From positions 2,232,001 to 2,296,000 of the forward strand of contig LSRY02000004.1 of assembly GCA_001643675.2 (NCBI GenBank): DNA of 64,000 nucleotides, read 5' to 3'. How positions within the stretch are numbered: the first letter of the stretch is position 1; every line of letters begins with the position of its first letter. Shown piece by piece: positions 55,780 through 64,000 of the stretch. Made by a program: the position numbers and the translations under genes. The stretch comes from Monocercomonoides exilis PA203 (Eukaryota; Protista; Preaxostyla). The notes under the pieces are model-generated. The model searched no databases and was not told the DNA's origin. It saw only the letters and a program-made list of their open reading frames with translations.

Positions 55780-56260
55780 AAAAAAATAAGTTTCTATTCT
55801 TCCTTTAAAGGAGTAAAAAGAAACATCTTCAAAAAGATAATGATATTAATCAAACAGATTAAGTCAAAACTTTTTTGAAGTTATTAGAGTCAAAAAATAG
55901 ACCCAAGTCAAATGAAAAATTGGGTTGTAATTGACCAAAAGTTAAAAATGTTTCTGACTCCAATAGATGAGTGGAGAGGAACTTCTTCAATGGTTTCAAT
56001 GTAATGATATTAATCAAATAGATCCTCCATTTTGGTTAATATTCATTGTAAAACTTTGAAGTTTTTTTGACTTTAAGAAAAAAGTTTCTATCCTCTCTTA
56101 AAGGAGATAAAAGAAACATCTTCAAAGATGATGAAAGTGCGTGTATATCATGTTTATCATGGTTGCACATTGCTTAAGTCATGATGACTTTGAAGTATTT
56201 TTTGACTCAAAAATTGATAATTTCAAAAAAAGTTTCTAACTCCAAAAAATAGAAAAGAGA
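55780..56260 (+). repeat. Four degenerate ~150-bp repeats with a GTTTCT..TCC..GGAG..AGAAAC hairpin core; candidate Pol I terminator / fork-barrier region
   Basis: GTTTCT cores at 55790, 55950, 56084 and 56232. Copies 1 and 3 share TTAAAGGAG..AAAAGAAACATCTTCAAA. Copies 1 and 2 share AATGATATTAATCAAA. Confidence 0.6.
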
Positions 56261-58649
56261 GGGGGAAAATTGGAAATAGAAGGAAACAGCCTCGAGGGGT
56301 GGGGGCCGCGCGACAAACGCGGTAAAAGGGCGGGGAGCGAAAGTTACCGAACTTTTGCCGTGTGGCGCGTCGGCCATTGGGTGGGACTCTTTCCAATCAG
56401 AAAAGGCCTTTATTTTCTTCAAAATAACACCACCAAATTGTTCCTCTTGCAATGTACAAATTTGAGGGTTTTCAAATTTTCATTGAAAATTTTTGCCCTT
56501 CTCCCCTAAAATTATTAATAGAATTAATTCTGACCTTTAAAATTTTTAACTCTTTTTCTTCTATTTTTCGCGAGATGGATGAATATCTGCGCGCAGGAAT
56601 GATGTGCGCAGATTTCATCCAGCGAGCGCTACCGGAGAAGTAGCGCGAGATTGTTATTCATAACCTCGCGGTTAGCGAGAAAATTTTGAAAAACAATCAA
56701 AAAAAGAGGTCATTTTCAATGAAGAAAATCGACATTTTTGTGTTATTTATTTAATGAAATGAATGAAACTTTCCCTGATAAAATATCATTTTTACTACTT
56801 TAAATTATTTATCTTTTGATATAATTTTTATTAAAATCTGATATGTATTCCTCATGCTGTGATCATTTTTTATTTTTTTCAAACTTTATATTTTTTTTAT
56901 AATTTTTTTCTATTTTTTTATTTTTGATGAAAATTGGATGAAAGATGTATGATATGATAACATTAATTGTGATGATATTATTGTAAGAATATTGTTCGTT
57001 GTGGTTGAATAATAATGAAAAATAACATTCTGAAATATCAACAAAAATAAGATACTTTTTTGTTTGCTCAGAACCAACCATCAACATCAAAGTTCTTATA
57101 TATTATTATCATCTATATTATATCTATTATATTATATATTTTTTCCATCCAACTTTCCTCATTATTTGAGAAGTTAAATTTTTTTTATTTTTTAAATATT
57201 TTTTTATCTCAATAACTGACTTTTTCTTTCCATTGAAAAAATTCATATATAATGTTACAATGATATAGTATATTATATATTTTTTTGATGTTAGTCTGTC
57301 CACCAAATTTGGAGATAAAAAAATATTTTCATTTTTTCCCTCTTTTTTCGAACAAAAATTAATTTTTTTAATTTTTTGTAACTTTCAATTCATCTCAACT
57401 TTTTTATCAAATGAATAGTAATCAAGTAATACATCTCTATTATTTTTATTTTTAAAGTTGAACAACATTTCATTTTTTTATAATTTTTTTTCCAAAATTT
57501 TCAATCTTAATTAATATTTTTCTATTTATTCCATGGATAGATAAATTTGAAAATAATATTTTATATAGGTTATGAGGGGTGGGGAATGTGTTGGTGTATA
57601 GGGAGATTGGTATCAAACTGTTTTTGAGAAGTCGAATTCTTAACATAGAAAAATGGTTTTGATCTAGATCAAACATTTTTTTCAAAAAAATATTTTTTTC
57701 ATAAGAAGTAGGAATTAGTGGTTGATGAAAAGTTACGTATATGGGAAATATTATGAGAGGAATTGATTGGTATTAAAATCAGAAATTAATCGATTCAAAT
57801 TGTGGAATGATACGTTAATTAAAATTTTTTCAGTCAAAATTTTCGAAATTATTTTTTAAATATCTCGACAAATAAATTTTTCTAAGCCGTAAGACTTTAC
57901 TAGAGTGTTAGTTGAACCATTTGTGAATTTTTGAAGTCATGGTCAAATTTTCGAAAAATGCGAAATTTTGATTTTTTCTGATTAAGTTGAATTTAGCTCA
58001 AGTTAATCAGAAAAAATGAAAAGTTGGTGAAAATCGATTTTTATGAAAGTTGTGATCGAAACTTATGAAAACACAAAAAGTTCGGATAATTCGCGAATAG
58101 TCCGCTGAATTTTTTTCTCGGGCCAGATTGGTCTGGTTAGTGAGAAAATGTGATATGAAGATTTTGACTGAAAAAGTGGTGATCTTAGATCAAGGACCGA
58201 AAAATATGGGGTCTCAGATTCCTTTGATAATTGGCAGGTGGCAAGGACGTGGGCCCCTTATAAACATACTCGAATCTAAATTTTTTCTACCGAGCGGTTG
58301 TGGCTGGGCAGTGCGGACAAGTTGGTGATTTTGACTGAAAAAATGAAAAAAATTTTTTTTCTCGAAAATTTCAAAGTGGATATAAAATGTGATTCCATGG
58401 ATGTATATGCATTGTAATGTTGTATATTGGTGATTTTTGGTTGGATACACTCATTTGTAGTTTTTGAGTTATAATCGAATTTTTGAGTGAAAATGGTCAT
58501 TTTTGAGGTAAATCGAGTATAACTCGAGAAGTAATGGCCAGATAAATTTGATATTAATATATGATAAATGTGCATATAGTGCAGTAATAGCATGCGTATG
58601 GGTGTTGGTGGCGGGGGTCTGGCAGGCTGTCCAGAAAAGAAATAAAAAA

Positions 58650-61600
58650 TTTGAAGGTGACTGGGGGTGCCTTGTTAGTGAAGTCACAGAGAGTGAACCA
58701 GGGGCAAGTGGCTGAATCGAAACACATATGACCGGCACAGTAACCCATGCCCGGATGTGGCCAAACGGCGTTTCGATCGGCCCAGTGGTTGCTGAGAAAT
58801 CCGAGCGGCTAGTTGTTTTGAGTTCGGTTCTGATTTTTCACATAGAAAAGTGACTGGGGGGTATTGACTTGGCGATGCTGTGGAGAGTGAAGGGAGGGCA
58901 AGTAATCGGAATTAGAGGGATATGTTGGGGAATGTTAGTGGGGGTAGGATGTGGTGTAATTGCTAAGAGATTAGTCCAGTGATTGCCAAGTAACCATGTC
59001 AGCAATATATTTTTTCTATGAAAATTGTTTTTTTTCTATGATAATTTTTCTATGTGATCTTGACTGCCCGACCTCGAAGTGCCATCTTTTTCGAAAAACT
59101 CACAGACTCAATTTGAGTTTGACTGAAAAAGGAGTTGAGTGGAAGGTATCTCTGGAAGGGCTGATGGGCAGGGCTGGCAAAGGCCACAGGGCAAGGAGCG
59201 AGTGAGGCGGGCTATGTGCTGGGCCTATGGCTGGGCAGGCCCTGTGGCTTGGCCTGGATCTATTGGACATATACTGTATTTCCCCAGTCAGAAAAAGTGA
59301 CTGAGGGTTCAATGTTCCGGTGGTTATAGAAACTCAGGTGTTGGAGCCAGAGCTCCAGAAACAAAAGTGACAGTGTGCGCACAGACTGTGGCTGCACGCT
59401 GGGCAGGGTGCTGCTGGGCGCCTGTGGATCCTTCTGGCTGGGTGGGTCAGACACTCACTTTTTTCACTAGGAAAACAGACTGGAAGACCATCTTCATTGA
59501 GCTGTATCTTTTTATCGGTCATAACTTACAGCTTGGCTGATGTGGGCAGAGTGGGCGTGTGGGCAGTGGCTACAAGGCTGGGTGGTGGGAGTGTGGCTGG
59601 GCTGGCTGGCTGGGCGGTGGTGTGAGCAAAAGTGAGTGAAAAATGACTGGGCCAGCCATTGAGGTACCCCCTCTCTTTCAACGAACCTATCTCCTCAGGT
59701 GTTGGAGGGAGAGCTCCAGAAACAAAAGTGACGGTGCAGCGGGGGACCAGGGCTGTGCAGTGGGCGGGGTCTGGTTTGTGGGCTGTGGGCCGGGCCGGCT
59801 GGGTGGGCTGTGCACTGGGTTTTGTTCTGTCACTTTCATTGAAAAAACCTCAAATATGGTAAAAGACCCCGGGTGCCCAGACCCGAAAATCCATCTTTTT
59901 CGAAAAACTCATAGACTCAATTACACTACACTGAGGTTTCCTCGATTTTTGTGACTTTTGATACTAGAAATACACTATGAAAATGGGGTGTCTGCAAAAC
60001 CTGCTTTGATACTAAAAAAAGGGAAAATTACACTACGCCGAGGTTTTCGTTGTGTAGTGTAATAAGGATGATTTTTATACTAGAAATTTGAGCTCCTAGG
60101 AAAAGTGACCAAATTACACTACACTTCGAAAACCTCGGCGTAGTGTATTTCGAGGTTTTTGATACTAGAAAATTTTGTCTATGAAATTTCTCTATGAAAA
60201 ATACACTGTGTACCCCTCATGTTCACAGACTCATAGCGCCTCAGGGGCAAGTCAGCGAAACTTCTCGTTGCCATAGAGGGTCTCGCTGCACACTCGCTCT
60301 ACACAATGGTGGTAATCTCATTCGGCTCAGTTGGATTGCCCTGAAGATACAGGGCAAATACTCATATCGTTCCTATGAAAAACCCTTTCTCAATGATATT
60401 TTATGCAATGGACCCTGTATATTCCATGGGTCATAGGGAATCACCTGTAAGAGCTGGAAAGTTCTAGATGCCATAGGGCAAGTAGCTGTGCTCTTCGAGT
60501 ATCCAATGGTAGTAATGTCTTTGCCCTCGGTCCATGTGCCTTTTCACTGTACTCAATATACTGACATCTTTGAATGAAAATAGTTCATTTTTGATAGGGG
60601 ACCCCTTATGTTCCCACTCTCATATCTTTTGATCGGTCATAACTTACAGACATGCCAATGGTGCTGTGGCGTGGGCATGCCCTGCAGGTACAATGTGGCA
60701 CACATTCGGCTGGTGGGCTGTGGCTCGGCTGAGGGCAGTGCCAGAAAAAGTGAGTATTTTGCATTGACTTTTTGAGTGACTTGGACCCCCCTCATTGGCT
60801 GGCCAGTAGCGAATCACACAGGAATCTGGGAAAGTTCTCGATGCCATAGGGAAACTCGCTCCACACTTGCTCTATCCATTGGTGCTATCGCCATTCACAC
60901 TGCTCAACTTCCCTTATATCTATGGTCGATATACTAGTATCCTTCCTATGAAAAACTCCTTTTCAATGAAAATTTATACTAGGACCCCCTTATGTTTGTT
61001 GGAACGTAGCTCCACAGGGATAAGAGCTGGAAAGTTCTAAATGTTATAGAGGGTCTAGCTGCACACTGTGCCTAGCCAATGGCAGTATTCCCACTGGGCT
61101 CCTATGTAATGCCCTGCCACCACACTCAATATACTACTATCTTTCCTATCAAAAATACACTTACAATATATTGACTGGGACCCTTTATGTTCCAACCCTT
61201 GTAGTTCCTCAGGCTTGAGAGTGCGAGACTCGAAAATGTTATAGAGGGTCTAGCTATGCTCTCCCTCTATCCAACTGTGCTACTGGTATTCCTATTACTC
61301 TATGTGCCTTGGAGCCATAGGCAAAATACATGAACTTTTCATAGAAAAAGTGACTGACCTCCACTGTGTTCCAACTCTCATATCTTTTTACTGGTCATAA
61401 CTTACAGCCAACCTGATATCGCTGCAATGTGCCCACATACTGTGCCTGCAATGTGGCACACATCCAGTGTCTATGCCCTGCCTGTGTATTTCACTACAGG
61501 GTCTACACTCACTTTTCATAGGGAAAGTTGACTCAGACCCCCTTGTGTTCCAGCCCTTGTAGCTTGCCAGGCTTAAGAGCTGGAAAGTTCTAAATGCCAT

Positions 61601-62000
61601 AGAGGGTCTAGCTGCTCACTCACTCTATCCAACTATCCAACTACTTTTCCCACCACTCTTATACCCTTTTCACTATACTCAATATACTAACATTTTTGAA
61701 TGATTTTCCACTTTTTCATATAAGACCCTCCAATGTTATTGACCTTGTAACTTTTTATCGGTCATAACTCACAGGCTAGCTGATGGTATGAGTTTGTGCG
61801 TATGCTCTGCCGCTACGCTCCCATAGGCATTCCACTCCACTCCTCTGGCCACTCCAGCGGCGGTGTGAGAAAAAGTGAGTTTTGATAGGGGCATTTGCTA
61901 TGGAAACATTGAAGTGGGCATAGCGGGCCAGGCTTAAGAGCTGGAAGGCTGGAACAAAAAACCAGATGAAAGGCAGTGAGGGCATACACAAGGTGGTGTG
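58650..62000 (+). repeat. Degenerate ~180-200 bp IGS subrepeat array with at least two subtypes
   Basis: GACCC..TGTT-type anchors at about 60211, 60411, 60600, 60784, 60983, 61179, 61357, 61537 and 61724. Subtype A AAGAGCTGGAAAGTTCTA..TGCCATAG. Subtype B GGTCATAACT[TC]ACAG at about 59515, 60633, 61392 and 61760. Confidence 0.8.
59859..60172 (+). repeat. Left arm of a ~315-bp imperfect inverted repeat
   Basis: CCATCTTTTTCGAAAAACTCATAGACTCAATTACACTAC.. and the following TACACTAC / GATACTAG / CTGCTTTGATACTAAAAAA blocks match the reverse complement of 62075-62389 in colinear order. Confidence 0.85.
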
Positions 62001-62074
62001 GTAGTGGCAAGGCTTTGGTGTGTCCCCATCCCAAGAAACACTATGGAAGGATACTAAAAAATTTCATTGAGTTT

Positions 62075-62389
62075 TTTTGTAGTATCATTTTTGGGCATTT
62101 TCACTAGGCCGAGGTTTTCGCGGCGTAGTGTATTTGGGGCACTTTTGATACTAGCCGATATTTTCTAGTATCAAAATCATCTTTATTACACTACGCCGAG
62201 GTTTTCGGGGCGTAGTGTAATTTTGAGATTTTTTAGTATCAAAGCAGGGTTTTCGATGAGCTCGTTTTCGTAGTGTAATTCTAGTATGAAAAAGGGAAAA
62301 AAACACGAAAACCTGGGCGTAGTGTAATTGAGTCTATGAGTTTTTTGGAAAAGATGGTGTTTGTGGTGCGGGCTGTCGGGGATTTTTAC
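62075..62389 (-). repeat. Right arm of the ~315-bp imperfect inverted repeat
   Basis: ..GTAGTGTAATTGAGTCTATGAGTTTTTTGGAAAAGATGG (ending at 62357) is a near-exact reverse complement of 59891-59929. Weaker similarity extends to 62389. Confidence 0.85.
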
Positions 62390-63945
62390 GGAAGTATACT
62401 TAGGGGGACACCCCCCGAAAAAATTTTTTTTCTGACTTCATTTTTTTTCGACAAAAGTTGTCTGGTGAGGATAGTCTGAGCCAGGGCTTATGTGATATGG
62501 GGTTAGTATAGAAGTGTGACTTGTATATGAAACTCCATAGGAAAAATAGTGGATTTTGATAGAAAATTTTTGTGTAGGGGGCTGTCTATTAGACTGAGGC
62601 ATTGTGTAATAGTGGTCTATTGTATATATATGTATATAGTATTATGTCATATGTATAGCAAATAGGTGAGTAGGCTTTTAATGTTAAGGAAGATAGTATA
62701 TGGTATTTGAATGGGAATAATATGTATATGTCTCTTTGAATGAAATACCTTTGCATGATTATACAGAAACTCACAGAGTGTGAAGTATAAATGAAGGTGG
62801 TTCAAAAAGGGTGGGTTTGTTAGGTCTGATTGGAATGAAAAGCAACATGTGATTGTATATAAGGGCATCACAATACATGTTTTATGAAAGCATCTTCTGG
62901 TAGCAATGGCTGATCAGATGGGTCGAATAATAAAGTGAGTTGTTTTGAATCTTTGAGTCTGATGTGTAAAAATGTCAGATGAAGAGGTGAAGATGATTCT
63001 AATAAAATCGATGTGTCTGAGAAGTTGTTGTGAGAGAGTGCTATGCTAGTAGTGAATGTGTAATGTGAGGCAGTATAGTATATGGTTATGTGGAGTGAAG
63101 TAGTTTGAGTTGGAACATGATGAATCCATGTTGGAGAACTTCTTGATTTTAGAAAAGCAATAATGTGGGGATTTGTGTGAAAGTGTTTGGGGTGTTTTTG
63201 TTCTTGGAAATACATGTATGTTGACTTGTTTGAATATTGTAGAAAAGAGTACTTCATGAAGTCGAGACCTTGTCTATATGTATGGTGTGGTCGATATGTA
63301 TATGTGTATATCATTGATTGAGTTCAGATGGATTGTTATTGCACATTGGAACTATTGGGTTTGGTTGCCTAATATGTGGGGGTTGGATTTGACTATCGAG
63401 AGATAGAATGTGACAATGATGAAATCAAAATGAACAAATATATATTATTGTTTGTTTGTTTGAAGACATAAATGTCATGTTTCTATTGATTGAAAGTATT
63501 TGAACTGTTACAATTATTTGCCACTTTTTCAAAAGGTGAAAATATAATTGTAAGATGCGAATGAAAAATCATATTGTAATGATCTATCAGAGCTTTTTAT
63601 ATTATCTTCTTTTTGATGATGATGAGAAAAGTGTTTTGATATTGAGATTACATTGTGATAATACAAATATTAATGATTATGATTGGATGACTTAAGAACT
63701 GACATTAATCAGTTATTAAGTTTATCTGAAAGAAAATAATGTGTTAATATTTGAGAAGGGAAAATATTGTGTCTATTCTTGAAATATCATCAATCTTTGT
63801 GAATGGTGATGTTTTAATAATTATGACTAAAATACTATATTATGTTGTCTTTAACAAAACAATATGATATATATTATTTTATATTAGAAAAAAACATTAG
63901 TTGAATGAAATATTTAGTTAATGTTTTTTATTCTATATATAAATG

Positions 63946-64000
63946 TATCTGGTCGATTCTGCCAGTAGTCATATGCTTGTCTCAAAGATTAAGCCATGCA
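63946..64000 (+). rRNA. 18S rRNA: 18S (SSU) rRNA 5' end (continues beyond the window)
   Basis: TATCTGGTCGATTCTGCCAGTAGTCATATGCTTGTCTCAAAGATTAAGCCATGCA. Confidence 0.96.

Larger units (their letters stand above)
55461..63945 (+). other. rDNA intergenic spacer including 3' and 5' ETS (about 8.5 kb)
   Basis: Lies between the 28S 3' end and the 18S 5' end on the same strand. Repeat-rich, with no credible gene. Confidence 0.9.

Noticed and set aside
59921-62330. CRISPR array, or a simple CACTA transposon (CACTA..TAGTG)
   Set aside because: The repeats are irregular and inverted, with no unique spacers or cas genes. Inverted similarity extends beyond the CACTA motifs, no TSD is evident, and the interior is the same subrepeat found outside.
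62868-63314. 148-aa antisense ORF in the promoter/5' ETS region
   Set aside because: His/Thr/Tyr-rich composition follows from the TG-rich top strand, with no domain. Not supportable without expression data.
55461-63945. 5S rRNA, tRNA or telomeric repeats in the spacer
   Set aside because: No 5S box A/C, no tRNA T-loop cloverleaf, and only isolated TTAGGG.

Overview
AT-rich, intron-rich eukaryotic genomic DNA in the standard genetic code. The gene families (giant beta-helix receptor pseudokinase, 'EEEG[YF]ED' family, Ser/Glu-inflated proteins, bacterial-type PepD) and the intron style suggest an oxymonad such as Monocercomonoides; this is inference. Left to right: the 3' part of a pogo-like DD35D transposon with its right TIR; a multi-exon membrane protein gene; a disabled coiled-coil pseudogene; pepD (8 exons, one GC-AG intron); a 103-aa four-exon gene missing from the ORF track; a La-family RNA-binding protein; a hypothetical gene; a USP deubiquitinase; a giant LRR-PP2C phosphatase; SDF2; two lineage-specific family members; and a 4121-aa intronless receptor-like protein with a kinase C-lobe only. 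A gene-poor, decayed zone then joins abruptly to an rDNA array. The array starts with a 28S copy truncated at the peptidyl-transferase loop, carrying a variant sarcin-ricin loop and a very large ES39. An ~8.5 kb spacer follows, then the first 55 nt of 18S. The spacer is the most structured part of the window: ~150-bp hairpin repeats, two GC-rich foldable islands, a ~185-bp subrepeat array, and two ~315-bp inverted arms carrying 35-bp palindromic sites (9-bp arms plus a 17-bp asymmetric core), one of which has flipped.
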